Assembly (NCBI GenBank): GCA_910592345.1
Contig: CAJVPI010000041.1
Location: 1-64,000 of the forward strand
DNA length: 64,000 bases
Origin: Paraglomus brasilianum
Taxonomy: Eukaryota
Reading direction: 5' to 3'
A program made the translations under genes and the position numbers. This document shows, piece after piece, positions 48,791 to 63,270 of this stretch. Every line of letters begins with the position of its first letter. Position 1 is the first letter of the stretch. The notes below the pieces were generated by a model. That model searched no databases and had not been told where the DNA came from. It saw only the letters and a program-made list of their open reading frames with translations.

Positions 48791-51395
48791 AACTAAGAGT
48801 AGAGAAATCACAGCTTCGTTCGAAAATAGCTAAATCCGAAGGTAAACAATTAATTGTTCTGCCTGTATTAATGAGAGTAGAAAGTAGAGATGATAGTGAT
48901 TTATTTGTTGTTGAAAGAAATTTATGTATGAAGTGTAATCTTTCCAGATAGTCCAAAGAGAGGCAGACATAAGAAGTCGAGCTGTGAAGTGAGTGAATGA
49001 GACGATGATGAATATTAATATACGTTTATATAAACTTTGATAAACGAAAGCGTAAAAGCAATTTACATGAATTTTGAACGTGGACGGATTATTGGTCTGG
49101 AAAGTCCCATGAAGTTATGGCTCGTATTCTAAAAGTTTCAAAAAGGTTACATATTAAGAGCTCTTTATGTAGTAAGTACTCTTATTAGTTTACCATCCCT
49201 ATGAATGGACAAGCTGATGAGGTAGTACTTATGGAAGATTTATTTATTGTTTGATAAGTTATACGGCGAGGTATAAATAGGATAAATAGCACAATTACTG
49301 AAAAGTCCGTTAATCACTGCGATTAACATTTAGTCAAATTACCTTCCCACAAGCTTCCACTAACAATACAATTACTGATATAGTAGCTCCTACATTGCAT
49401 ACAGTGACTGCAACAATTAGTTGTCGTTATTCGCTCTTGATTTATTATTCTCGTGACATCCGAATAAGTATTCGGGTAAGATTTACACAGTGAACCTGGA
49501 TATAACTAAGTGGTCTGTCCGCCCTTTTAGCAAGTTTCCTCTTTATTAGAAAGTTCTACACAGTCAAATTCACTTTAACGAAGACATTCATTCCACGGTT
49601 TGCTTTGTTAATCTGAAAAGTCAAACTCGTATGTCAACCAATAAAATTACAGAGTTCGAGTTGCGATTTACCAAAATGAGAGATCGAAGTTATTATTATC
49701 TTTGTAACAAGTAACCAGGTTACGTCTCTCCATTGACTGAAACTACAAAATAGCATTGTCAGTTGAAGAGGGAGGACAATTAATCAGCTGACCTTGAGAT
49801 ACACAACCTTCTGATAGTTAGCCTGCGAGTGAAGTCGTAAATCTCTTTACCTAAATATTGTTTTTGGGAGTTCTTGCTGACGATTCCTGGATTACAATAA
49901 ATCGAGTTCTAATTTTTGTTTTTCTATTAGATGGGTTTCTATTCTAATGCAAGGAACCGGCCGAAAGTAATTGACAGTGGCGATAGAAAGAATAGTCTAA
50001 ACTGTTTTCGGTAATAAGTAGTAATTTGTTAGTGTAGCTGAGCACGCACGCGCATTCAGACTTCTATTGCAACTCTACGTTGAGGCTATGGCTATTCACA
50101 GTTAGGCAAGTTCTGTAAATAGCAGCGAAGGTTATCGATTCTCATTAATAATCATAAAGTCGCCATCCGTCGAATTCGGTACCCAATCGATAGGTAAGTT
50201 ATTCATTATGTTCATTCGATAATTCGTGTATTATAAGACTTTATTTCGAATTCTTCCATTAATCGGAATAATCAGTATCAGAACATTGAAATATTCGAAT
50301 GTATCGAACATGTAGAAAAGGAAAATAATTATTGTTGCACCAAGAATTATTCTTCTATTAAAAACACCGTACATTCGTAAGGCAATATGTGGAATTCGAT
50401 GAGACGATGAGACGCGTCTGATTTTGTAATCACACGCTACGGAGTAATATCAGGATAAAGATAGCGTTCCTTTTGGCTTTAATATGACGGTAAACTATTT
50501 AAATGGATCATAAAATAAATAAGCTCTAGTGTGGATAGATAACAATGCTTCGAGTGCCCGAATATAATTGACATCAAATGAATAATATAAATAAAACAGA
50601 TAACTCACCCTATGGCTGGCCTTTACCCTAGCACTGTCATTCTCACCAAGTTCTTTCTAACACTCACTATCGTTTCTTCGTTTGTTAAAGTGTTATTTGT
50701 ATAATTTTGGTATACTTATTCATACCACTACTTCATTTAGCAAGAATTCGGTTATTGATTGGCTGGCTTAGTAAAATATTACCATAATTTCCCTTGTTAA
50801 TATATTACGTACGACAGTTCATACGTCAGCAAATAAAAAATAAATAACACTCATTTAGTGGTAGAACAGAAAGTAGCTTTTCGCCATATTAATATACACT
50901 AAGTACATATTTTAAATCTTTCAGCCAATCGCCGATGCCGAGAATGTCCATTAGAGTTTATCCACCTGTACTAGGTTTATTTATATTCAAAAGACTGCGG
51001 ACATGTCACTTAAATATTCGTACAACTTGGCAAAACAATGGATCAAAGATCCTCAATATACAGAGACTGCAAGTCATTGCCTACTTTATTGATACTTACA
51101 TGACTCTCGACATCTGCCTGATATGTGACACTTCCTACATTACGTTGAAAGGATGTAATGCATTTTATTGAGATTGAAAACAGAACCAATAAGTTACGTG
51201 TCAAGGAAATTAACCGACTAATATGCTACAAAGACTAATGAAATGGATTTCATGACTTCCATCTTCAGTCTAACCCTTCTTTCTCTGAAACACTCACTTT
51301 CGATTCAAGCTTATGAATAGGAGTATCCAAGTTATATTGAATCATATAGACTCTCCCTTTGTTATTCGATCATCTTGAACTCTTAATAATGTCTT

Positions 51396-54319
51396 TTATT
51401 GTTCCTTTTCAGACAATTTTGTAAATGCGCCAGTTGCAAGACACAAGTTTCGTCGCGTGAATTTTACTTTGTATACTGGCGTACGTTTTGTTGGGAAGGT
51501 CGCCAACAATTCATCACTGAAGAAAAAAGTATACAATATAGTGTGAAATATTGGATAAACAAACACGGAATATATTGGCCATAGATATAACTGACCTCTT
51601 GACGCGGGCAGATTCTGAATTTCGTGCTTGTCCAACACTCGTATTACCATTCTCCATGTTCGTTGCCGATGTATTATAATCTGATTGATCCGATAGGCAC
51701 GCATTGACGTCCCATACGCGAACAGTCTGATCCGCACCTCCCGATACGAGAAGGTTTCCGCCTCTGCTAAACTCCAAAGTGTAGACGATGTCTGTGTGTC
51801 CAGTCAATTTCCGGAGCGTTTTTCCAGTTCTAAGGTCTCTCAAAATAACCTTTTTATCTTCCCCTAGAAATAACGGACAAGTTTAGAGTAGAGTTATTAA
51901 CGAGAGATAAAAGCTGTTTACGTATTATACCTGCAGATGCCATAATATGTCCATTATCAGAAACGGCTAAACTATGTACAGCTCCAGAGTGACCGGACAT
52001 AATGCGTACACATCGACCGGTTTGAATGTCCCACATGCGTACCATTCTGTCACTCGATCCAGTAAGAATGTACCGGGAGTTTGGATGAAATTTAACGCAC
52101 TGCGCGAGAAGTATTATGATTTTTAGTTCTACAACCAGATTCGCTCAAGCATTTTCTTATAACAACTTACATCAACGTCTGACAAATGACCAGCGAATAT
52201 GCGCAATGGATAGATATGGTCACAACTCCACAATCTCGCCGTTCTATCATAAGATGCAGTGGCAAAGTAAAAACCATAAGGTCCAAAATCAACATCCCAA
52301 ATGGGATAATTGTGGCCCTTATAACATACTAAATTTGTAAAAGTATCTACACTCCATAGCCGCGCTTGGGGAGAGAAAGTGACAAGTACAAAGGGATTAA
52401 GGAAATATCATTAGCCTACTTTCAGTTATTGTATGCTACAAGCTCAATTACCGCTCATTAGAATACCTGTTTTATCTTCTGAACAAGTAACTAGATATCT
52501 ATTATCCGGACTGAAGCTTAACCCAAACACAGGACCAGAATGTCCTACTAGTCTTTTACATTCACTTCCATGTTGTTCGCGCAACCTCTCAAGATCGCTC
52601 ACTGGCAGTTGTAAAAGAGCACAAATATTAAATATAAACACGACGAAAATTCTTGTGAATATTTCCATAAACCTACCTTCAGACACAAATGTGGGCCTCA
52701 CGTTGTTCATAAAAGCCTTTAGTTTCTCGCCCTTTAAACTCCATATCTTTACGTACGATTCGGAAAATCCACCGGCTATTAATGTGGCATCATCTGATAT
52801 TGATATACAATTAAGACTGTGATTGAGGAGGTCAGAGAACAGAATCATTTTAGGTTGTTAAACAACATCTATATAATCATTATAATAAAAAAACTTACCT
52901 ATCATATGTATTATGAAATGTATAGAAACATATCGAAGGCAGTGTGGATGCTCCGAGTTTTATTCGATGTCTAAGCTCAAATAGTTCTTCTATTTTTGTT
53001 TGTATATCGCTACCTTTACTGAACAACTGACTGTCAGACACGGGTGTTTGATATATATCTCTGTTCGACAAAAGATTAAGGATTTAACGTACGATGGTGG
53101 TAGTGGTACATCATTTCTATCCGGTGCTTCTATCGAGTCTTTGAAGTCCTTGGTTATATCCTCGAGTAATGTTGATAAGTCATCATCTCCCAATGACTAC
53201 AGTACGACGAACAGAGTGTCATAAAATGCTTATATATTGGTTGACGAGATCGGATCAATAGTAACTTATCAAATAGTGAACACTTTACCTGGGGATCCAT
53301 ATTATTTAATTGCGTGTCCTTCACTTTCAATACCTGTTCCGCCTCCTCCACAAATGTAGGTTCCGGTGGCAAAGGACCTAGAAAGACCTTCTGCTTATTA
53401 AAGTCATCAAGCCCATGAGTAGAATATCCAGTAACACCAGTCACATCCGCGATGTCAGACATCATTAATGTCTGTTGATGATTAACAGTTTCTTGAATTA
53501 CAGAGATGACATATTAGCCAAATAGTAAAACATAAGCTACATATTTTATAACATACCTTCAATCTCCAAATACTGATTAACAATACGCAATATTATATAA
53601 AGTTTATTCTCTTGGAGAAAGTTCAACAGTAATTTGGTAGACACATTAGACAGCCGCACATTATATTTTTGACTCCTTAACGTAATCGCAAACTCATTTT
53701 CTTGGAGATGCTGAGAATGTGTTATGATACTCAGTTTTCGGATGTTATCCCCGTAGTATTCGTAATGATCAGTTTTGAATTCTTCCATGAAATGCATTGC
53801 TAGATTATCAAAGAGTTCTCTTGTCAGGGACACTAGGGACCATAGGGGGCGCGACAAACGACAATAGCAATCTTTTTCCTAAAACTTACCTTTATCGAGA
53901 AATCCCTTAAAGACGAGATCAAGATATATGTGCGCAAATACAGGAAACATAACCAGCCTTAATTCCAGCTGTGAGTGAGAGCCAAATCAATGTCAAAACT
54001 TTGCGAATTGAACTTCAGAATACTAAATCTTTCACGAATCTTTTACCTTGTATATATCCATAGATCTCTCTATCAGTGTTCTAAGATCAGCGTAGGAAGA
54101 TATGTAGCTATCGGGATTATTTGAATCTGGGTCAGTTGGGAAGAACTGATACCCTGACACTGCATTCATTTCATCCATTGTATAATCTTCTCCGGCAATT
54201 GCGCGTATTTCATTACGAAACATGAGCTCTGTATGTTTGTAACCCTTCTGGGTAAGATAGTTAAGAACTATCTTATCCAGCTCCTTGTCGGGAAGGTGTC
54301 GTGGTTGTTCGGCAGACAT
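51396..54319 (-). CDS. TAF5: TFIID/SAGA subunit TAF5, multi-exon
   Basis: LisH-like [18 protein letters not shown]2 ([13 protein letters not shown]), [11 protein letters not shown], and WD40 repeats [33 protein letters not shown] and [12 protein letters not shown]. It ends [18 protein letters not shown]. Confidence 0.95.
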
Positions 54320-54544
54320 GATGTGAGGGTGGTGAGGTGAGTTGTGTTGTTTGGAGGTGTCAAGTAATTTGAAATTAAGGTATTTCGGTGTCGTGTGATC
54401 TGCATGATCAGAGATCATGTGAGGAATGAATAGTGCGTTCAGAGCGACTTGAAATCTCGTCTTCCACGACGTGTTCTTCCTTAGCCTTCGTACAGTCCAG
54501 ATCTCAATCCAATCGAGAATGTCTGGGCTGTTCTGAAGCATAAT

Positions 54545-54850
54545 ATTGAAAAACGCATTAAGAAAATGGTAGCGGAAAAAGTAAAAATCTCTCAGTCCGT
54601 TTTTTTAAATTTAATTTGGGAGAAATGGGATGGTCTCGAGAAAAATGTCATAGTTAACAACATCAGTAGTATGAAAAATAGAATTCAAGCTTGTATTGAT
54701 GCTGAAGAAGGCCATACTAAATATTAAGTAATTAATAAAATTTGTAGCCCTAATGTTTGACTTTCATTAGAATTTTTGGAGTTGTTTTTATCTTTCAAGT
54801 TGAGCTCATTACGTCCCAAAAACTGACCGCCATTACTTTGCCGGGGACTG
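54545..54850 (+). mobile_element. Tc1/mariner transposon 3' remnant
   Basis: IWEKWDGL...ISSMKNRIQACIDAEEGHTKY* is a Tc1 C-terminus. It is followed by ...GGGGACTG|TA. Confidence 0.8.
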
Positions 54851-56099
54851 TACTACATTTTTCCTAGCAGACAAAAAACTTTTTCGATTTTAATCTGACT
54901 GGTATATCTTTAGCACTATTACTCTTTTTTGATGCCGTAACTTATATATTGCTCTGTCTTCTAATCCTTTTTTATACACATTAATACTATTTCCCGAGTT
55001 GAGTGCCATCAACGCGCACTTGTATATTTATATTGCCAGCTATTTCATTAACGCCAACATAACGGTTTACTATGTTGATTTTCAACATATTAACCAAACG
55101 CCACCGATTAATAATAAGAATAGGAATCGTAATATATTTTAAAAAGGTAGGATTTCGATGATCCAATTGTTAACACAATAACTATGCTATGTCGTCACTG
55201 AAGCCGAAGCGAATGGGTTGAACTTTGTCCATGCGTCATTGTATGGTATTTTCTTTATCTCAGTTTAGCAGAGTTCTTTCTGTCGCCCTATTAGATGAAT
55301 GTGTGCCTTGTAATAAATAGTAGATCCTCGTGTTATATTTTCTAAATTGTGCTCAAAACGTCGAAGTATTATCGTAATTTATTTCAATTATTTCTTTTAA
55401 GTAAATATGTTTACGATTAATTGCAGAATTGTTTTATGTAAGATCTCTATTGACGGGTTATATTGCTTTTCCCCCAGAAAATTTAACAATTTCAACAGTA
55501 ATCGACATATTGTACCTCAGTTGGAGACTTGTCTCAGATGAGGACCATTAGACGAACTCTATATCTACGGCATTACCCAATTGATTGATAGTTGAAACAG
55601 ACGATAATAAGTGATGACATTGTATTCGCTAACAAGACTATTATCCATTCGCAAAACATTTCAGAATAACTGCATGCTAATATTGTACAGCAATACAAAC
55701 AAATGCATGCATGTTTAAACGAGCATATCTATAACTTTTATTTAACGTACTGTGTATAGTATCGGGTGATGCATTAAAGTAATGCTTATTAGACTTGTTA
55801 TGGTAAAGTGACTGATAGGCCGACACTGCAATAACAAAATTTGCTTGTACATTTCGAACAAACAAAATACAATTTTTGATTGGCGTATTTCCCCATTTAG
55901 GATAAAGTCATTTCTTCGCGATAGACTAAAATTGCAATGAGATTCTTTCATACCGGGATAGAAATAAAGAGTTGTGGTCAAACAGCAAACGAGGTAAATC
56001 ATCAGACAGAAGCGCGACAGATTATTCGTCTAAAAATATAAGGGACTAGGCTGGTACATACTTAATACGATAAACTGGTTGGTATTATTAAGAGATATA

Positions 56100-56260
56100 C
56101 AAAATTTTTTTGCTATATAGTCTTGATGAGATCCTGCAAGGTAGTGAAGTACCATATACCGCTGAATTTACTGAAGATGCTTTGATTGAGGAATCCAAGG
56201 AATATCAAACATTGCGTAAAAGTGTAACCAAGATACTGGGATTTGTTGGCGGATAAGGCG
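56100..56260 (+). pseudogene. Crinkler-family C-terminal fragment
   Basis: LLYSLDEILQGSEVPYTAEFTEDALIEESKEYQTLRKSVTKILG resembles the C-terminus of glomeromycete CRN-like proteins (recognised from memory). Confidence 0.5.
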
Positions 56261-57075
56261 TGTGTGAATAGGTTTGGTGCAAAAAAAATTATCGCTCTAG
56301 AGAATAACGTGTGCTATTTTAATAAGCAGTTAAATTGTATTCTTGAAAACCATAGCTTAATTTTAACCTCGTGGTATTTGTACGTGCGTGTGATCTATAC
56401 TATTGTTGCATATTAAAAAATAGTTCGGATTCCACAATAGTTTTACAGGATTTGCCATAATTATTCTGCAATACGTTCTCTCCACAATGACAATGTTTGA
56501 GGATATAACGATAATATATCAACAGAAAAAAATTATTGGCTCTAGATAAGTTAAATAGATATGTTAATTTGGCTCAAACATGCATAAATGTAATGCGAGT
56601 TTCTGAGCATTTAATTGGACAGTAAATTCACTCCACATTTTTTCTTTGTATCTTAATACATGCTTAAAGCTTTTTACTAATTTCCCTTGCCTTCCGATTG
56701 CATTGCATTTCTGTAACTTGTAACGATGTAATGCAAATTTATTATCGAATTTATAGCCAAGAAATGGAACTTTTGATTCACCGCAGTATTTATTACCGGT
56801 ACATGAAAATTTTCATGGTCATAATTCCTATATATTTTAATTTATTTCTTTGTCCAGTATAAACTAATTGATCACGAGAGAAACAGAGATTTCAGGGTAT
56901 ATGAGTCGCCATCCGGAAATCGTGTTAATTTCCCTTTAAGATATCTTTTACACCGATTAGTAAAGATAGTTTTTTTCGAAGTACGTTAAATTAACGAGCC
57001 CAGATTTGTGACATCTAACAATATTCAGGTGTACAGGCCTCATTATCATATGTTTTTTCAGCGTGTCACATACTA

Positions 57076-57993
57076 CGGTCAAGACTGGATATAACGATAC
57101 ACCCGTTAGGCATTTTCATCGTTATAGCGATAACATGATAGTTACGAAAAAAAAATCGTTATACAAGATATTATCTATCTTGTTTGATATTCGGTTTTAT
57201 TGAAAAAAAGATTCAGTGATACTACAACCTACATTCTGATAACAAAACCGTCTAGCATTGACTGTTTCTTATTATTGACGTGGTGCGTTAGCACTTGTTT
57301 TCGTAAGGAGCGTACTGTTGGTACAGTACTTGCATCGCAATTAAAACCTGCGGGTGGATGAACGAGAAAATCGAACACAGTTCTTTAAAACAGTCTCCTT
57401 TCCCTGAGAAGGTTTGGGCTTACTAGAGAGTTTAACACAACATCCTTTTTTTTTGTGCAAAGGTCAAACGTGTTCTCAAACGTTTTGTTGGATATTGGGT
57501 GTTTTCGCTGGTAGCTCGTTTATTGAGTAACATTTGTTTAGTATTAGACATTGAAAATCGGGGAAATGAATATTTATTATATGTAATACTAATACAGTCA
57601 ACCCGCTCTATAGTCACGCTGTCGGGAACAATGCAACTTTTGTTGAAAATGTGCTTATAAAGAGGTTGTGATTATATAGAGGGTTTTTCCTATAAGTTCA
57701 ATAGTAATTGGTTCTCAAACATGGGGTGCTTATAAAGAGGTTTTTATATGATGTGCTTATAGAGGGGGTGACTATAAAGAGGGTTGACTGTACTCGAAAT
57801 TCGTACAGTTTTGATTGGTCATGGGTGGATGTCACACAAAAATATCGGTATAAAAATATATTGCTACAATAGTTGGTACATCGTATACGTATCGTTATAC
57901 GTAATAATAATAACGAGGTTTTAACAATGACAAATTTCATCGTTAGATCCAGTTATCGTTATATACAGATATCGTTATATCCAGTCTTGACTG
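57076..57993 (-). mobile_element. Non-autonomous pogo/Tigger element with 24-bp TIRs
   Basis: TA|CGGTCAAGACTGGATATAACGATA ... TATCGTTATATCCAGTCTTGACTG|TA. Remnant KRLRTRLTFAQK is CENP-B-like N-terminal HTH. Confidence 0.85.
57595..57790 (+). mobile_element. Complete 196-bp MITE nested in the previous element
   Basis: TA|CAGTCAACCC...GGGTTGACTG|TA, with a second copy at 1081-1265. Confidence 0.92.
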
Positions 57994-58989
57994 TATTAAA
58001 TAAACTATTTTTTAATATGAGTTACAAATGCACTGATAAACTTTAAAAATTCATAACTCAAAAAGTTTCAAGTCTTTTCAATAAAATAAAAATGCATTGA
58101 AAGCCAGAAAGCAAGACTATATTCAGTTTAAATTTCATTTATTTTGGTTGGATATTTGTGGAGTTATAAGCCTATACATTCAATTCTTCTAAACATTGAG
58201 CCGGTTTTGTGAGTCACTGTATATGGAGAGTGTGCATATATGGAGAGTCGGCATTTTATTGGGTGCACGTGATATATATTTTATTTATTCATAATAACGA
58301 TAATAATAATGAAAGACAAAATTAAAATACCTGTTACTATTTTTGACTAAAAAAATTGTCTATGGTTGTTTGTTTCTTTGCATTCATCAACTTTAAACCA
58401 ATGTAGTAATCAAGAGCATTAACTTGTTTAAGTAACTCCTTAGAATCTTCTTGCTGTTGCAAAAGGAACGAACTAATTCTAATTCTAAACTCTTTATTTA
58501 TTTCTTTCGCGAACGATTACGAGATTCTTTATGCAATTCATAACGCCGAATGCCGACCTTTAACAAAAGATGTTAAAATTTCTTTCATGAACGATTACAA
58601 ATTCTTTATCCATCATTAATTCTCTATTTACCGAACCTATTAATATTAAACGAAGGAATGTTAAACAAGCAATTTTGACAATGATTCACGAATCTCTTTC
58701 AAAGTGTAACCAATAAGGCTAGCAAGTATTACAAATCACACTCTTTGTATGATCTTTACTTTTTTTAGACATCTTGTGTACCGGTAATTATCATTTGTTG
58801 TACAAAATAACATGGAAATCACGGGCGTGCATATAGAGAGGGTGGATTTCATATAGCGGGAAGTGAAAAAAACCGTGCAATGCAGAATATAGAGGGTGTA
58901 CATATATTTACTAACTCCCGAGCTTGGGAATAAGACTTGGCGTGCATATATGGATGGTGTGCATATATACAAGGAAATTCTAATGTACA

Positions 58990-59295
58990 GGATAATCTTG
59001 GTTGATGTAGATAAAAATGTTCAAAAAGCAGTGGAACTGTATCAAGAAACAGTCAAGCAAAAAAATGTTACTGCATACACTAGCCTTGGTTTATGTTACA
59101 AAAATGGAATTGGGGTAGAAAGAAATATTCAAAAAGCTATTATATTGTTTCAAAAAGCAGCTGAAAAAACATGCACATGGACAATATAATCTTGGTTTAT
59201 GCTATGAGGCAGAAATTAGAGTAAAACAAGATGAACAGAAAGCTATTGAATTATATGAAAAAGCTGAGCAAGGGTACATTAAGGAACAAAATAAG
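58990..59295 (+). pseudogene. Sel1-like repeat fragment
   Basis: VDKNVQKAVELYQE...AYTSLGLCYKNGIGVERNIQKAIILFQKAAE, then a frameshifted YNLGLCYE...DEQKAIELYEKA. Confidence 0.8.
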
Positions 59296-59519
59296 GTTTA
59301 TTTTTTTAGATACAATGATAAGTCCAAGTTAAAAAGAAAGATTCAAGAGCTAGCTGGAACTTATCCAGCCAAAAAGAAACAAAAGTTTGTATTAGGCAAT
59401 AGGTTGTGTTTAGAGTTGGCAAATTATAGCTATGGTCATCAAAGCCTCAAGTTATTTGCAAACTTGCTAATTATTAATAGAGTTACATACTATAACACAG
59501 TAATCAACATACACCCCAT

Positions 59520-59947
59520 GCAAAAAGTATAAATACGATACAAGATTTTACTTGTAAAACATACGAAAAATCGAAATTTTCAAGTCGTTAATTTTCCATG
59601 TTATCTTAAAAGAGTACCAAATTATTGTAAAGCTAAATGATTGTAGTTTTAATTGAAATATCAGTAATTTTAAAATATTAACGATTGTCGTATATACCTC
59701 CCCCAAAAATATAATACGATTTATGTCGATTAATTAAGCAAGTAAAGTCTGCATCTCCTCCTCACTGCAATAAATAGTAATATTATAAAATTGCTGAAAT
59801 CCCTCAATTAAAACTACAGTCATTTAGCTTTACAATGGCATAAATTTTATTGGTATTTGTTTAAGATAATATTGAGAATTAGCGACTTGAAAAATTCTGT
59901 GTTTACTAGTAAAATCTTGTATCGTATATCGTGTTTATATTTTTTGC
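59520..59947. mobile_element. Foldback-type MITE (long imperfect inverted repeat)
   Basis: Arms of about 160 bp, e.g. TACGATACAAGATTTTACT / AGTAAAATCTTGTATCGTA and TTGTAAAGCTAAATGA / TCATTTAGCTTTACAA. Confidence 0.8.
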
Positions 59948-61682
59948 TTAGGCAGAAATGTTTATTATTCATGAGTATGTTCTAATACTGTACATTGTTG
60001 GTAGAATGAGAATGATGTAAAGTATAAATAACGTAAACATAACCAGAAAAAAAAATCACATTAATATTAAATAAAAAGTTGCATTACATGTTGTTATGTT
60101 TGGTCACTTGAGAGAATGTTTGTGTTCAAACTGGGTAATATGCTCAAAATTTAGCCCTAACCTAGTCTTACTTACATGTCCGCAGCGGCTCTTTATATCT
60201 TCTATTGCCAAGATATAAATTCTCACTCAGGCTTCATTCTGGTACGATATAACATTCTTCTATATTCCTCTTATGGAAAGAATTGTTGTAGAAATATACG
60301 TGTATTTTATGAAAACTAACATCCGCAGTTAGTTACGAACAATTCATGTGAGATCGGCCGCAAATATTCCATGAAGCTTAAACTATGATGAAAATAATGA
60401 ATGGCATTCTGTTTGCAAAGGTATCACTGCATTCAATTGACCCATTATTCAATAAAACGGAATTTATGCTATGCTTATCTAGTCACATGGAAACAAGTAA
60501 CGCACATGTGATTGAAGAATCTTTCTGTGTGAATGTATTGCGCAACCAGAAAAATATGCCGATTTTTGTATGCGTGCCATTGTTTACTAGGCCACAGATC
60601 GAATTTTTTCTAACCAAAAAATTACAATAATGTAGATGATGGTAATCTGAAACGAAACGCTACAAACAATAGTCAATTAAATCATTTATATTTATAATAA
60701 TAACAGGTCATATAATAAAATGGTTACAATTCAGGATATACATGACACTAAATGCAGTGAATATTGATGGTCTACACTAGTGAAACCCACCGGTGAACGA
60801 ATTTGGGTTCGTTTAATGTTACCAGTAAATTGATACGATTTCCAAATGGTATCTACAGAATTACATTGGTCATACAATACCAAATTTGGTTTATAAATGT
60901 AGTTAGTAGATTAAACGTGCGCTATGTAGTTCGATCATACAAATAAATCTATTGATATTATTATTATCATCGTCCCATCCGGAAAGGATGAGCTAAGCAT
61001 TACAGACTTTATGTCAAGAACTTAATTTTTTATATTGTGCTTCTTTCTCCCGAACATACTGTAAATCTAATTCTCAGATCCGGGCTTTACCCATTCACCG
61101 GAAATTGCGTTTTCTTGCCGTTATATGGTTTGTAATGCTAAGACGTGGTTGAAGAGCGGAAGAAAAAAATTAAGGACCGGAATATATACGTCGGTCAAAT
61201 AACAGAATTAATCGCGTGTATTATATAATTATTGTGTAAAGAAAAGACTTATTTATTATGCCCCACCCACTTGCTCTACTCGAAGACATCTTCCCAAGAC
61301 GAAGCAGGTTATCCTTTCCTAACCCTTAATCGCTTTTGGTATGCGTGTTTGGCACCCCCAACTTAACAAAAATTATGCCAAGCCCCAGAATTTAGATTTG
61401 CATTCATGAATATACTAATACAGTTTCTGATTCTCGATCAATGTAAGGAATTCTCTACTACGATCCTTAACCAATAGAAGGAAATGACATTCTTGTGTCC
61501 CAACAACGCCAAGTTTGTCAACCATGCTTTTAGACGTGCATATGGCCATTGTCAATTTGTGTACCTCACTCATACCATGCATTCGTTATTTTATTAATTT
61601 CAAAATTGTAAATTTATATTATATAATTACACGTTTTATGTCATACAATCTTATCATTCATTAGTCTTCTTTACACATTCCT

Positions 61683-63270
61683 TTACCAGTCAATCCTCCA
61701 CCTTTCTAATAAGCCTTTCGGACGCTTTACCGTTTTGCGTACGTCTCCACTCCTCCCATTGACACCATCAACCCACTTCCACAATTCTTTTTTATCGTCC
61801 GTTAGCTCTTCTCGATCTTTATCCTCGAGTGTGATCACCACCTTTCTTAACTTTTCCAAACGTCCCTCTATCAACGGACGCACCATGTCTGTTGTTATGC
61901 CAGAGCAGTCGATTAATTCTATGCTCTCTAGATTCTCGCATGCACTTATAGCCTGCCACGAGCAACATTGATCGAAATTGACACTGTGGAAATGAAGGTG
62001 GCGTAAAGATGTTTTTCGGGTGCCGACGGCCGAAATTACGGCAGTGAGGGCATGGCGAATGGATTGACCTGTCCATTTAATGTCTCTAAGTTCGAAAGAT
62101 TGGAGATTCGTTTGGGATAGTATGAGGTTTGATATTACGTTTTCTTCAGGATATGTGGTAGACGTGGTTATCGAATATGAAAATTGAGTAAGCGTTTTGG
62201 GTCTCAGCAGTGGGCCTCCTCCCACGCGTATAGATTCCTGTAATATATAAAAAAATTTGATTTTTGAGTGTGCCCGTTCGGTATACAATGAAATTCACGC
62301 CTTCTCTTTTAAAAAATTCATAACATGACATTACCAGCATTCTACAATGTTCAGCCAAGTATTCCAACAGATGCTTTTGTCGTTCGTATCCTATATCTCC
62401 TCCTATGTCGATTGTTCTGAGTCTTTTCATCATTTGGGTTATGCCATCGGCCTTGAGCATCTCATTATCTTGTGGTTTCCAAAAATTGTTTCTACAGACA
62501 ATGAACCTAAACCCATTCACTTTTGGTGTGTTGTTTGAAATGAGCTGTAATATTGCATTGAGCATATTATGAAAGCATTTCCTTGACATTGTTTTACATA
62601 ACGCTTCCATGGTTCGAAATAATTTGTCGTAATCCAAAAATCTTAAGAAGGAGGGGTAGTTAAATAATGGAAGGGGAGCGTCTACAAAGGGTATCTCAGG
62701 TTCCTGGAATTGTAACTGTTGTTTCTGGTGGTTGTCTAGACACGAGTAGTATACTTGCAACACTTTTGCGCGCGAGTATGGATTATTTATTAGCGGTTGA
62801 CGCCAGAGCAGAGGAACAGTACTCCGGCACCACAGTCGATTGACTAGCAGACATGAATATAGATATTTGTATACGCGTGGGGAGTAGTGGTAGTCGTGAC
62901 AGTTCGGATCTAGTATGATTAGGTAGGAGAGGATTTCTTGGATTATTTCGGGTGCCAAATCGCCCTCATTTACAAATGGATGGTCACTGTCGACAAGTGA
63001 CTCTTGAGTGGTTTCGGCAGTCTCTTGGATTACTGGTTGATCATGTCTATCATACAGGTCGTATAATGAAGATACAGAGATTGAAGTTATCGAAGTAGCT
63101 ATTGTAGAAACTGAGGTGGTCGAGTCTTGACGCCGCAATACTATTTCAGAGTCGATATCAGATGCAGAGCCATCCTGTATTTTCTGCGTCACTTTCTCAA
63201 AGTTTTGCTTCACTTGTTTTTCCATTTCCTCCTGGGAGAGCGTAAACTGAATTCCATGGTCAACATGCAA
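61683..63270 (-). CDS. F-box/LRR-like protein (start uncertain, one intron at about 62240-62330)
   Basis: LAPEIIQEILSYL...YLYSCLLVNRLWCRSTVPLLWRQP...PLFNYPSFLRFLD, with an LRR-like C-terminal exon. Confidence 0.8.

Noticed and set aside
48840..49150. CSAC..CMKC motif as a Fanzor/TnpB Zn finger downstream of IS607 TnpA
   Set aside because: No RuvC motifs or DRD-N motif. The adjacent sequence (ERGRIIGL..SHEVMARILKVSK) looks like a Tc1 HTH remnant instead.
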